The notes under the pieces were generated by a model, which saw only the letters and a program-made list of their open reading frames with translations, was not told where the DNA came from and did no database searches. Position numbers and translations under genes: made by a program. From Podarcis erhardii (taxonomy: Eukaryota), in assembly GCA_964252035.1 (NCBI GenBank), contig OZ176201.1: 64,000 bases of DNA; one strand, 5' to 3'. Shown here one piece after another: positions 13,001 through 26,300 of the stretch (position 1 is its first letter; every line of letters starts with the position of its first letter).

Positions 13001-16000
13001 AGCTGAGATCCAGGACCAGTACGTAGAGCATCCAGTTGCCCTTAGCATACCTAACCATGCTTTAGAAATTCAATCCAGACTTGGATTGGGATAACCTGGC
13101 ACAAGATAAAATATAAACCAGAGGAAGGATAATCAACTTTTCCCAAGGAACCAAGATAGGTTAGAATGGGTTGTTTTCAAGGGGGTGCTTTAAGAGAACA
13201 TAACTCTTTTTGCCTTGGTGACAAATTGTGCTACCCTATTAACACTTAGCTATAACTGGCATCAGTTTCCGCAAGGCCAGGATCCCTCTTTGTGCAACCT
13301 GAAAGTCTTCTACTGGGAGTGATGGGAATCATAGGACTATTTAGCTCCTTTCCAGGTTGGAGGGTTTTCCTTAAAGCAGATGGAAATAAATGGGCTTTGA
13401 CCAAATGACCTATCTATTGATTGACTTACACAGACTTTATGTAGAGGTCAGATTATATCGAGTCTTTAATGAGCATTCCTTCTACTTTGTTTTGGGGGCA
13501 GTTATGCAACAGTGAGTGCTCATCCTGACTTGGCTTTGGGTTGTTTTATATCATCCTGTCAATTTGCTCATCCCATACTTTGTGATGTTAGGAAAGTGAC
13601 AGGGAAATGAATTTAAAAGTCCTTTTTAAAAAAAAGGATTTGTTGCACTAAAGTAACAGAGTGCTTTAACCTACTTTAATTGTGCAAACCTAAAGTTTTG
13701 GTGTGCGCTTGAATCCCTCCTGAAAAACACTGATGGCCTTTGGTGGTGGTGGGGAGTAGGGTGTACTTTGGTTTAAAATGCCTCTCAGAGCTGGCTGCTG
13801 CTCATGTTGTCCCTATCTCCTGTGCCACAGACTGCTGATCAGAATGTCACCCACTGGGATGCATAAGGCTGTTTTCACCCATCACTTGGAAATGGGGCAG
13901 AAGCAGGAAGTGATAGAGGTAAAATGGTGTGTGTGCGTGACAGTAAAGTGCATGCTAGCTAGGCAATACCCGTCACACCTACAGAGCAAGGATGGTGCTG
14001 CAAAGACTTATTAAATGCTTTGTGTAGAAAGAGTAGGAATAGTGTTGCTGCACCCAGGTTTGTGTATTTAGAATTTTGTAGGAATATACTTTTACAATAC
14101 TGTATACAGCCATCCGCTTGTGGGCTGTTATTACCTGCATTATAAAATATTGTGGTTTTATAATAATAATAATTTGGAGAATTTGGTGGGTTGTTTTATT
14201 ATTGCTGGTTCACTGGGGGTGTTTTGTAGAAATAACCTTGTATTTTACATTTTAAAACTGATGCTGTTGTATTATTTATTTATATTTTATAATGTAAACT
14301 GCTTTGAAAGAGTTATTCTCAGGAAGGCAATCTATAAATGTTTTAAATAGAAATAAATAGTCAAAGCTGGTTACTACAGGCCTCTGGATATAACAGAATA
14401 ACTTGATAATTGCCTTTTTGTTAACATGAAATCTGAGATTCAGCCACGGATGAGAAGGAAGGAAGTCTGCAGTATTATGTGTGAAACATCTAGGGAATCT
14501 GCCTTTATGGGGATACATAGACAGACCAAAGGTGAGGGATTACATGCACAGTCCCTTTGGACTGGTATCACTGGGCACATGTCTCTTAAAATCTGGCACT
14601 GCCCTCCCTCACCTCTTCAGCTCCCCCATCTTTTTCAGTCCTAGCAGTGGAGTCAGGGAAGAAAGTGGTTATGGTGCTTGAGGGAATGTAGCAGGCCTGT
14701 TGCATGGTAGTGGTGGGCATTGGCTCTTGCTGATCTCTGTTTCTCAGCAGGTCTGGAACAAGAGTGGAAGGGTGAGAAGCATTAATCTCACAGCACTGGA
14801 TAAACATGGCAGAGTATACACAGATGGTAAGGGCAAAAGTAGTGGGCTTGGCTGTATGCTGCTACTCTGCAGGCAAAGCAAGTGATGTTCCCTCAGTCCT
14901 GTGTGCCCTGCTCTCTCCCAGCACAACACTTGCTCATGCTTCTTCCTATTAACATCCTCTCCCTAACGCCAAAGGAGAATTTGGTTATCCTACGCTATAT
15001 TCTTTCCTCTTCCACTGCCCTTTCAGGCATCTCTGGGTGGTGTTTATAAAAGGTCCTCCCTAACTCTCACTGGAACCAGGTTTTCAGATCTTAGTGACAA
15101 GGCTAGGCTGAACTGCTTTAGTGAATGTCACACTAGCCATGCATCTAGGTCACAAAGCACACACGCCTTTACATGTTTCTGTCTGTGAAAACAGGCTGAG
15201 GTAGAATTCTGGTGAGGCCACATTCATATTCAAATACACAGCACAATTTGAGACCCGGTCTATGCTACTTGAGATTTCACTGTCTGCCCTACTTGCTTAG
15301 CTTGGTCTTTAGATCGCAAATCCCGAGCTCTTTGCATCTTAAGCATTAAACTTCCACACAAAGGGGGAGCTTGGTTTTTAGGCACAATGAACAATTATAA
15401 CCCCAAAAGTAGAGTAGGACTGTCTTTGGCTGATATTTACACACTGTTTAGTAACTTGTGGCTTTTCTCTGGGACAGTTTCAAGCAAATAGTTGCATCAG
15501 CAGTGCAACAAGTCCTACCGATGCAATGGGGCTTCCTCCCCCCCATGCCCCCCATCAGCTCTGAGGGGTCAGGATAACCCCAAAATAGTGTGCAAGGGGG
15601 AGAGAGGGGGAATTGTTCCATCAGCACAAGCAGAAATGCTTGCTGTGACAGAGCAAACGCCTTAGCACGATGCTGGATTCCACCCTCAGTCTTCACTAAC
15701 CATTGATTAGGACCTCAGGAGAACACTCTCTCTTTTTTTTATATAATAGCAGGAGCTGCTGCCTTATACTAGAGTGCTAATTCCCCTGCAATGGCTTTGG
15801 GGAAATATCAGATCAGTCAGTCAACCTGTTACCCATAGTTGTGTGCTCAGCATTATGAACTGCTTCTCTTCCCACTTGTGTTCTGCTTTAGTGAGAGGGG
15901 TCAACCTTTACCTTTACCTTTAAGGAAGATCATTACCTATTTTCCTATCTGACCTTATGCCACCAGAGCAGTTTGGGTGTGTTGCCTGGTCCAGTTCAGA

Positions 16001-16855
16001 AACACAGATCCTTTATGTTGCTGAGAGAAGACGCCCCAAAAGGCAACCACTTTTCCCTCAAAGCAGGTCCCCCCCAGGAGAGGAGCCAGGTGAAGCAAGA
16101 AAGGTATCTACTTTTTTTTATTCGGCATTGAGATGCTTATACTGTGCCACATGCTTTACTATCTTTATTCTGTCATAGAATCAGAATTGTAGAGCTGGAA
16201 GGGGCCCCAAGGGTCATCTTGTCCACCCCCTGCAATCTAGTAATATCAGCTACAGCATCCATAACAGATGGCCATCCAGTCTCTGCTTAAAAACCTCCAA
16301 GGAAGGAGAGTCCAACACCTCTCAGTGGAGTCTGTTCAGCTGCTGAAGAGCTCATACTGTCAGAAAGTTCTTTCTGATGTTTGTTGGAATCTCCTTTCTT
16401 GTGACTTGAGTCCATTGGTCTGGTTGCTACCCTTTGGAGCAGGAGAAAAGAAGCTTGCTGCATATTCATGTGACAGCCCTTTAGACATTTGAAGTTGGCT
16501 ATCATATCTCCTATCAGTCTCCTCTTATTCAGGCTAAGCACACCCAACTCCCTTAACTGTTGAGGCCTATATGTCTTTCTCATGGGAAACTCTATACCTG
16601 TATTCCTGAAGGAGCGTCTCCACCCCCAGTGTTCAGCCCAGACACTGAGATCCAGCACCAAGGGCCTTCTGGCTGTTCCCTTACTGTGAGAAGTGAGGTT
16701 ACAGGGAACCAGGCAGAGGGCCTTCTCGGTAGTGGCACCCACCCCGTGGAATGCCCTCCCATCAGAAGTCAAGGAAATAAACAACTATCTGACTTTTAGA
16801 GGACATATGAAGGCAGCCCTGTTTAGGGAAGTTTTTAATATTTGATGTTTTTTCA

Positions 16856-16897
<42 letters not shown>

Positions 16898-19800
16898 GTT
16901 GGGAGCCATACAGAGTGGCTGGGGAAACCCAGCCAGATGGGCGGGGGTATAAATAATAAATTACTGTTGTTGATGATGATTATTATTTGGATCAGGAATC
17001 TTCACAAGACCTTCCCCTCTGCTTTTTTTCCTAGGAGGAGCACTTTGTATACCATGACAATTGGGGAGAGGCACTGAGTGATAAAAGCTTCCCTGTCTTG
17101 TGCGTGGTGAATGTTGAAACCAGTGAAGTTTCAGTGCTAGACGGCATCCCAGGGCATATCTCACCTGGACAGGTTAGTGCAATGCAGCATGGGAATTTAA
17201 TGGGACACTCCTCAAGCCACCATGGATTGCAAGCATTTCAGAATAATGAAGCAAGATTTAAATTAATAAAATGGGAGGAGGAAGTCTCTGACCCATTTGT
17301 TTTATTTGGTTTGCAGAAGAATCATGAAGCGGACGTACAAGGCGTCCTGGGTCATAGAGGTGGTTCTGAGCTCACAAATTGCATTTCTCTTGATGATTCT
17401 TGCACTTTTGCACCCTTAGCTTTTGAATAGTGTTGAACTGAACAAGGGAATCCGACAGTGGATTTCCATATCCTCCTAGAAGGTGCTTTTTCAGAGCCAA
17501 CTTTCCCTCAGCCCAGAAAGAGGCTTCCACATACAGGCAAAAACAGACAAACCATCTCCCAACCCATCATGTTGCCTGTTGCAGTTGACGATCTGTTTGG
17601 TACAGGATGCTGTCACATTCGCTCCCCACTTAAATGCAGAAGTTCACATCCTCTCTGTTTCATGCAAAAAGCACCTTTGCAAAAATAAATTGGTGCTGGA
17701 GTACAGAGGTCTATTCATTTGTGCAACATCAGTTCAAGCACTAGAGGCTGGAGCTCAGCAGAAGCCTGCTGGAGAAAATGCTGCTTTCTCAGATCCATCA
17801 CCTGACCCTTCATCATATCCATACCTCCCATGCTTTCTGCTTCCAAACACTTGTAACAGTAAAGTAGTCTGGTGCCTGCAGAGCCCTGGAGATTGGAACA
17901 TCTCCCAGTAAACAGCCTTGTTGAATTTCAGCCGCTGCAGCAGCATGCTGCAAATCTTACGGGGAGACAATGGAGACGTAGCTTGGCCCATGGTGCAGCA
18001 CACCCAGATGTGAATGGCTAATATTTTGGTTTTGCTTCCCTGGCCAGGCCCTGTGGTCCCCAGACGACAAAGGTATACTGTTCGTTGGCTGGTGGCACGA
18101 GCCCTTCAGACTGGGTTTGAATGCTTGCTCCAACAGAAGGTAGGCAAGGTCTCAGTCACTCTTAAGTGTGAAACCATGGATTCAGCTCTCCAGTTGGCCT
18201 TCCCAGGACCAGCCACTGCCTCAGGGAAAATTATGAGGGCAACATTTTGCTCAGTTTAGAGAAAAAAATAAAACAAAAAGGGGAAAAAACATGTCCTGAA
18301 CAATAATGAGATCTTAGTCAGTGATCTCGGTGATCATTTCTAAAAAAGTAGAATCGGCAGAAGGTGATATTCTTGGGTTTGGAAGGAGCCCAATGGGTTA
18401 TTTATTAGTCCAGCTCCACCCCTGTCCTTCCTAAAATAGTATAGACTATATCTAAATGATTCCTGATGGGTGCCAGCCCATATTTTCCTTGGTGAAAACC
18501 TCCAAGGAAATGCATTCTCCTTCTCTAAAGTAGCCTGTTCCATGAAAAATATATAAACAAATAACCTTGAAGATTTTCCTAAATCAATGGAAGGTGGAAG
18601 GGAAAGCCTCAAGATCCTCAGCTTCACTATATTTTAAGTGCAGTGTGTGAAAATTTAATCCTACAGGGACTAACATTTAATTCATCATGGGGTGGGTGGG
18701 TGGGTGAAAAACCCGGTCCTGTTGGAGACGTCTCACCCATTCCCCTCTCCCTGCCATAGGTCAGCCCTTTTTCTCTTCGATCTCTCTGAAAGTAGCTGTG
18801 GTAAGTCATCTTGGAGGCAGCTTATCTCTTGTCCCTCCATGCAGCGCCTTTCCTTCCCATATTCCTCCAACAGTGCTGGTGGTGAGGTGTACCTGTAGCT
18901 TCTCAGTCACTTGAAGCCCTAGGTGGATTTCCTGACAGTGACAAATGTTTGCACAGTTAGTCAGGGCTAACACATTCAAATATGTCAATGATTCTTTGTT
19001 GTAACTTCACAAATGGAAGCATTTCAGCAAAAACATTTCCTGCCTTAGTACTGCAAAGAAAGAACAACAGTGACTGCCAAATTTACAATCTGTGTGTATG
19101 TGCAAGCCAAAAGAGCCCAGTCTTCCATGGAATTCGGCAGCCCAGCAGAATCTCAGTTTTGCAGCTTAGTTTGCCTTTTGTAAGGGAGCTTAAAAATATC
19201 CAGAGATATGGCCTTCTAATGTTTCAGCAATCAGACATGTGGTTTGCATGGCCGGATTTAGGTTTGATGAGGCCCTAAGCTACTGAAGGTAATGGTGCCC
19301 TTTATATGTCCAGCTGTCCTTTGTCAACATCAAATTGTCACTGTTTTTTGTGTTGAATATATGCTATATGGTAATTTATGGACCTAATAGGTCCATACAC
19401 AACACAAAACACTGTTGCTGTATGTAGGTTTTATTTTATTTGTTCTTTTATCTTATATTTTGGAAATGTACATCCAGATTTTTTTCTTTAAATTTTTTTG
19501 GGGGGCCCCAAGAGAGTGGGGCCCTAAGCTATAGCTTGGTTAGCTTATACTGTACATAAATCTGGCACTGCCTTTACAGGTTACTTGTTTCAAACTTACT
19601 TTGCTTTCCAAAGATGTCTATAGTTTCTTCAGTTACTATTGCTCCTTTCTTCTATGTTTTATTTTTTTCAAAATGTGAGTAAAGAAGTGTTGTCAGAAGA
19701 AACCTCAGAGGTAAATTTACAGGGACTTTTCAGAAAAGGAATTCAGATTGTCCACTGTTAATGTTTTTCTAATTTCATCACCTGGGGACTTCTGGCCAAT

Positions 19801-20971
19801 TGCCTTTATGAGATGGGTCTGTATGTCTGTATGTCCTGATATTGCATTGTATCTGTGGTTGCAGAGTTGCTGTCCTCAGATTCCGAGGCTGTTTCCTCTC
19901 CCCGGCTCAGCCCTGACGGAACTCGCCTGCTTTACCTTGAGTGCCCTGTATTTGGGCCTCATCGCCAGTGTCTGAAGCTACAGATGGTAAGTGTGGAGCT
20001 TCTGGTAGGTAGTTTCTTGGAAAAGAAGGGACTGTGGGTACAGGCAGGTCATAATAGCAAAGGAACTGTGGAATTTGAAATGAGTATGCAACAACAACAA
20101 AAAACATTTAGAGAGTAGAAAAACTGAGTTCAACATGGCCTTATTATAAAAAGTTAAAATGATATAGTTCTTAAATGCAACTAATTCTGATTGCAGAATT
20201 AAAACATTGTAGAATTTAGCATTTATTGAAAGATGCTGTAAGGGAGATTAGCTTGGAATCGACTACTGAAAAGATGCAGAGCAACTGTTCTGTGGGATTC
20301 AGTGGAGGAGGAGAGTGAAGTTTGCTGCTTTGTATTCATTACCTGATTTTTCCCCTCCTGCTTAGCTCAATTGGCAAACTAAACTCACATCTACAGTGGT
20401 GGACATAGTCAGGACTGCCACATCTGGTAAGTCTCAATTTCAGAGACGGAGCATGCAAAATTAGAGTTGCTTTTTTATCGCCTTGCCTCTTTAGTTCATA
20501 CATGTCCTACCACCCAGCTCCTGCTACCAGATACAAAAAGAATGCTAAGGCTTGCGTTTGTTACCCAAAAATGGAGAGTCCTGCAGTCAGCCATATACCT
20601 CCATATACACCGTATTCCACACAGTGTCTTTTTATAATATCTGTTTGATGCTGTTCTCCAACGTTTCTCCAAAGCTCCAGACTTCAGCCATGTTTTACTT
20701 TAACCATTTTCTCCCGTTTCAGGGTTTTTTGGGATTTACTCAGGGGCACTGCCTCTGCTTTGTTGGGCTGCTGACAACCATAGAGTCCTGCTTAGCACTC
20801 CTCAAAGGAGTAGAAAGGTATGCTGAGACCAGAAGGTAAGACTTCGGGGTGTGAAGATGGTGTACCAACGCAAGTTTGCAAATGCTTTCCACCAGTCCTG
20901 AGAATTTGCAGGATGTATAGGAAGATGTTCAGGTTTATGTAGTGTGAATGCAAAACAATTGGCTTCATAGA

Positions 20972-21016
<45 letters not shown>

Positions 21017-23277
21017 TATATTTGTCTTCCACCAATAACCTCAGAACAGAGCTTTAAGACTCACAACAATCCCTATGATGTTGGTTGGGTTTAAATATTG
21101 TTGTGACCTGCTCAGTGAGCTTTGTATTTAAACAGGGATTTGATCTTGGCTTCTCCATGTCCTAATAAAGCACTTTTGCCACTCAGATACACATTTCAGA
21201 AATGTAAGAGCCAAGCTTTAATTACAGCTGGGGAATGTGAACCATGTGTACTGAACCTGAAAAGGCTCATGAGGGTGTAAAAAGTATCTGTTGGAAATCA
21301 GAGATGAAGAAACTGTGATTGAGAAGCTGGCATACAGGAGGCCTCAAGGCAGCAGTGGCTTTACTTCCCTCACTGCCTTAGACAGACAGGAACATGGAAT
21401 CAAACTTGGAACTAATTTGCCAGTTCCTGAGTGTCCTCCCCAGTTCCTTCCCTGCCTTACCTAGGAACTGAGCCTTTCTCTAGTCTTGGATTACTTCAGA
21501 GGCAGCAAAAGTTGTGTCCTCCAGATGCTGCTGGACTTCCATCATCCCTGAATACAGTCATACCTTGGTTCTCAAACGGCTTAGTTGATGAACAAATCGG
21601 CTCCCAGACGCCGAAAACCCAGAAGTACGTGTTCTGGTTTTTGAACATTCAGAAGCTGAACATCCGATGCAAATTCCACTTGAGTGCAGGAAGCTCCTGC
21701 AGCCAATCGGAAGCTACGCTTTGGTTTTCAAACGGTTTCAGGAGTCAAATGGACTTCCGGAATGGAATGAGTTCAAGAACCAAGTTTCCACTGTATTGGC
21801 CATGCTAGCTGGGGCTGATGGAAGTTGGAGTTAACACTATTTGGAGTGTTACATTTCTTCAAGTGGCTACAGCACATCCCCCTCCCCCCCCCCCCGGATT
21901 ACACAATAGATTTTGGACATACTGTGGTTCCAATCTGTGTCGTTCCTGCCTCAGAAGAATGTTCTCTGCCTTTCTTGTTCTCTGTGCTTTGACTCTCCAT
22001 CAGGATACAGAACTGGGGATACAGAACTGGCTTTAGGACCTTGCTAGTTAGTGCAAAGTTTGATCACATATCCCTGACTTTGGTGACTGGGTTAACACAT
22101 TGTTATTTGAAGGGTTCTTTCACACCCACTGACAGGAACCTTCGTGACCAGTGTTCCAAAAATGGGGAACACTGCATCTTCTCTGAGATGATGTATGTGG
22201 GGGGGAGGAAAGAGGAAAAGCTTTTTTCTATTATTAAGTTTCCATGGGCTCTTGTAACAGAGCAGCCGCTTTCCTAGCCCTCACTTTCCTTCCTTTATTA
22301 TTTCTTGCAGGAGCTGCTGGTTGTGGATACCGAGCTGGGGAGTGTGAAGGCTGTTACAGAAGGTACAATCAAATCTTAGCTTGCAAACTCCTGTGGCCGT
22401 ATTGTGTTTGCTGAGATCTGTCCCAAAGACCAGGCACGTTAATTGAGAAGTCTCCCATATCCTGTATTTCTGCCCATTTCTGAGATCTCAGGGAAAAGGA
22501 AGGGGCTAGAAGGCTACAGCCAAACTCTTCCACTTCCTGTATGCTGGCTTACATTCTCAACAAGAGGCAGCCACTACTAATCCATGCCAGATCTAGTTCC
22601 CTTTCTTTATAAGGGGTCTTTTTTTGAGGCAAATGAAGCTAGAATATTGGTGCTAGACTACTACTTCTGTTCATTGTGCACATGTTTTTTATATGTGTAT
22701 AGAACTGGCCTCAGCTACATTTCGCATCATTCCTTGCTGGGGCCAAAAAGCCTCCTGAGTGTTGCTTGCTTGCTTGTTCTCCTATGAAGCAGCCAGCATT
22801 CTGTTACATCTGTAGTTGTAACCCATTAATCGTGTGGCACCTTGATGTTTTCCATTGAGATTATGATCCCAATGTGGGGTCCCACTGAGATTGGATACGA
22901 ATGTGCCCCTGAGATACATCAGTAAAAAGCTCTGGCAGATCCTTCTATGCTGTTCAGGATGAGAAGGAATTCTGTGATCCTATGAGTAGGCTTCTTTGCT
23001 TTATGCTTCAGCTCCCAGGGGACTCTTTCAGAGAGTTGGGTCTTTCATCACTTGCTCCATTCAGAACATGGTTCCTGTTAGATGTTAGTAGCTGCTCCTT
23101 GCTCCCCAGTATTACTTGGGTATGCAACTGCTCATCTAATTTCATCAATAAAACCAGTTCTCCTCTTTCCCCATTCCCTATGTGAACATTTGCATTTTAA
23201 TATCTTAATTTCATTTCATTTTTGAGGATTATGCCCACCCCCTCTCCAGGGAAAGAGCACCCTCCTCCTTTTCTTCT

Positions 23278-23309
<32 letters not shown>

Positions 23310-26300
23310 TTCTTCTTCTTCTTCTTCTGTGATCACTCATAGCCGAGTAAGATTGTCTTCAATGAACGCCGTATTAACAGTGAGTCCATAAGTGATTGTG
23401 AAGCCCAATTTTGGATCCGCCCGTCCTACCACAGGAGTTGATCATGGTGAGAGTTTGACAAACATGCCTTCCTCTTAGCATGTTTCTTCATTTCATCCTG
23501 AGTTCAAGTGTCTTCAAAGCCCATGACACCTTTGGTAAAGGCTGTTCTTCAATTGGAGCTCTCACAGGCCAGTGTTTACCAGTTGTCGGTGTTTATACTA
23601 CAGTTTTTTAGATTTGCCTACCTACCTACCTACCAGTTGTCGGTGTTTATACTACAGTTTTTTAGATTTGCCTACCTACCTACCTACCTGCTCTATTCTC
23701 TTTCCCCCTTTAAATAAGCAAAGAGCAATGTAGCAGGGAGACATTTTCTTTCAAAGCCAGGTGCTTTCTTTCCTCCCCTCTTTCCCCTCCTTCCTGTCAT
23801 AGCTGACCTGTTGAGTCACTGACAGCCCCGATAACTCCTAAGCAATATTCTCTGTAACCCGTCCCAGGCACTCCAGAAGGTAGCTGGACCCTGCTGGGAA
23901 TTCAGCAGGACCTCCTGGTGGTGAGCTGCTCATCTCCCAATTGCCCTCCAAGCCTGGTAAGAAACTTACCTTGCAGGTCAAGGTGTGGGTTGCTTCACCC
24001 TCCAATCCCCTCGCCATTATTCCTAGGGGAACCTGATAAAATTGGCAGGTGCCGGAGTGAGCTTTCATACTATGCTCTTTTTCATAATGCTTGTATGTGA
24101 ATTTTTAGCAAGGCTGTAGCCAAAAAACCCAATGTGAATGTTTCTTTAGTGTGACTATTTAGCTTTGTTCAAACCACAGATATGCCTCTGTAGCCCTCCA
24201 GATGTTGTTGGACTCCAACTCCCATCAGCCCCAGTCAGCATGGCCAGTTATCAGGGATGCTGGGATTTGCACTCCAACAACATATGGAGGGTCATAGATT
24301 TCCCATTCCTGATTTTCACACTGGCCTAGTTCACACTGAGCCATGGTTTGTTTGTTTGCTAGCAGCAAATCACAATGTGAAACCAAGGTTTATTTCTGGC
24401 TTATGAGTAATGGTTTGTTTTATCTGTGGTTGGTGCTATGTCCAAATTAGGCAGCCTTACTTAACCATGGTTTATTTGGCCACTTCACCCATATGCTCAA
24501 CAGGCTACAGAGGAATTGAGGAGAGAATAGCCGGAAAACAAACCAAGCTTTAAAAAGCTGTGGATTGTTTGCTCGTATGTGAGATGATATGTGGTTTGTT
24601 GAACAAATTGTGGCCAATACAAATTATGGTTTAGCATTACATTTTAATGTGGTCACTGTATATAGCAACACAGATACAGTAAGCAATGTCATCTTGGGAA
24701 TACCTTCAGAAAGAAAGAGAGCCAGTGTGGTGTAGTGGTTAAGAGCGATAGTCTCGTAATCTGGGGAACCGGGTTCGTGTCTCTGCTCCTCCACATGCAG
24801 CTGCTGGGTGACCTTGGGCCAGTCACACTTCTTTGAAGTCTCTCAGCCCCACTCACCTCACAGAGTGTTTGTTGTGGGGGAGGAAGGGAAAGGAGAATGT
24901 TAGCCGCTTTGAGACTCCTTAAAGGGAGTGAAAGGCGGGATATCAAATCCATACTCTTCTTCTTCTTCAGCCCAAGCCCTGGAGCCCATCAGCCTTGTGC
25001 TTGGAATAAAAGCTCATTCATGATTTGTGCTAATTATAGTTAAGACACCATAGGCAAACCATGGTTTTGAGCTGCTTGTTTGCTTTAGTTTTCCTTTTGC
25101 TCAGCACTCATTTCTCCCTGAAACAATTGGCTCCAGAGGTAGAGCAACATCTATAATTGAAGTTTATGAATTCTGGCAAACTATGGTTTGATATCTTGGT
25201 TTGGCAGCTTATCACAAACACTTACTTTTGAAATAATATAAGTTCAGCCATAAAACAAGCCATGATTTGCACTTACAAACCATGGTTTGGCATGTCAGTT
25301 CGAATATATCCTTAGTGAAACAAACAGTTGTGTAAATTCCCTTGTGGATTGCAACAAATGCAGACTCCATCAAAGATAGATATTTGAGGACAAAGCTAGT
25401 GCTATATAGGCTACTTGCAACGCTAAGTGCAGCACACTGTTTGGTCCTTCAGGTTAGGTAACAAACTATTATACCTGCTTCGCAGAAGGTAGGAGTGCTT
25501 CCCCCTGCAGGATGTGAGCTGGAACTGCAGTGGACGAGTGTGGAGGAAGCCTCTGAACTGCCAGATATGGAATGGAAGATTCTCACAGTACATCCTCCCA
25601 TGACTGAAGACAACCAGTACAGTAAGGATGCAGGAACAGGGAGCCTCGGGCCAGGCACTTGACTCACTCTCTCACACGCACTGTTGGTTGTGCTTTACTC
25701 TGTACTATGCAGTAAGTTTGTCTTAAGTGGGACTAGGTTTGACTGTCTGGCATAAGTACAGTTTGTAGGGAGACAGCCTGGCTTATGGGAATGGTCAGGG
25801 CTCCTGCATAGGTGAGGTGCATTCTTCATTAATTCATTTTGTGTGTTGTTGTTTTTTAAAAATCTAACTAAAGAGTAATCTGAGCTTGGTGTAGAAATTG
25901 GGGATAGATTCATCACCTTGCCCTGAGTGCTGGGACAGCCCAAACAGAGTTAAATAGGATGAATGGAATGAAAGAGTTCAGCATTGGGTAGCCTGGATTC
26001 TTCATCCATAGTGTCACTGTAATGTTTGAGCTGCAGAGGAAAATTGGGAAGGACTTTGCACTGATAGTCCTTCGTAACATAAATTAAAGTCTTAAGGCAG
26101 GCATCCCCAAACTTGGCCCTCCAGATGTTTTGGGACTACAGTTCCCATCATCCCTGACCACTGGTCCTGCTAGCTAGGGATGATAGGAGTTGTTGTTCCA
26201 AAACATCTGGAGGGCCGAGTTTGGGGGTGCCTGTCTTAAGGCCTTCTTTTGCATTTGGGGCCCTGAGCAGGAGGAGGTGCTAGGTGGAGGAGGAGGGGTG

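Noticed and set aside
23577-23684. Direct repeats resembling an array (also 12305-12480)
   Set aside because: Simple tandem duplications without unique spacers in a vertebrate genome; not CRISPR.
24717-24800. tRNA-like A and B boxes
   Set aside because: These are SINE heads (repeated at 31949), not a tRNA gene; no cloverleaf with an anticodon arm and CCA-side stem.
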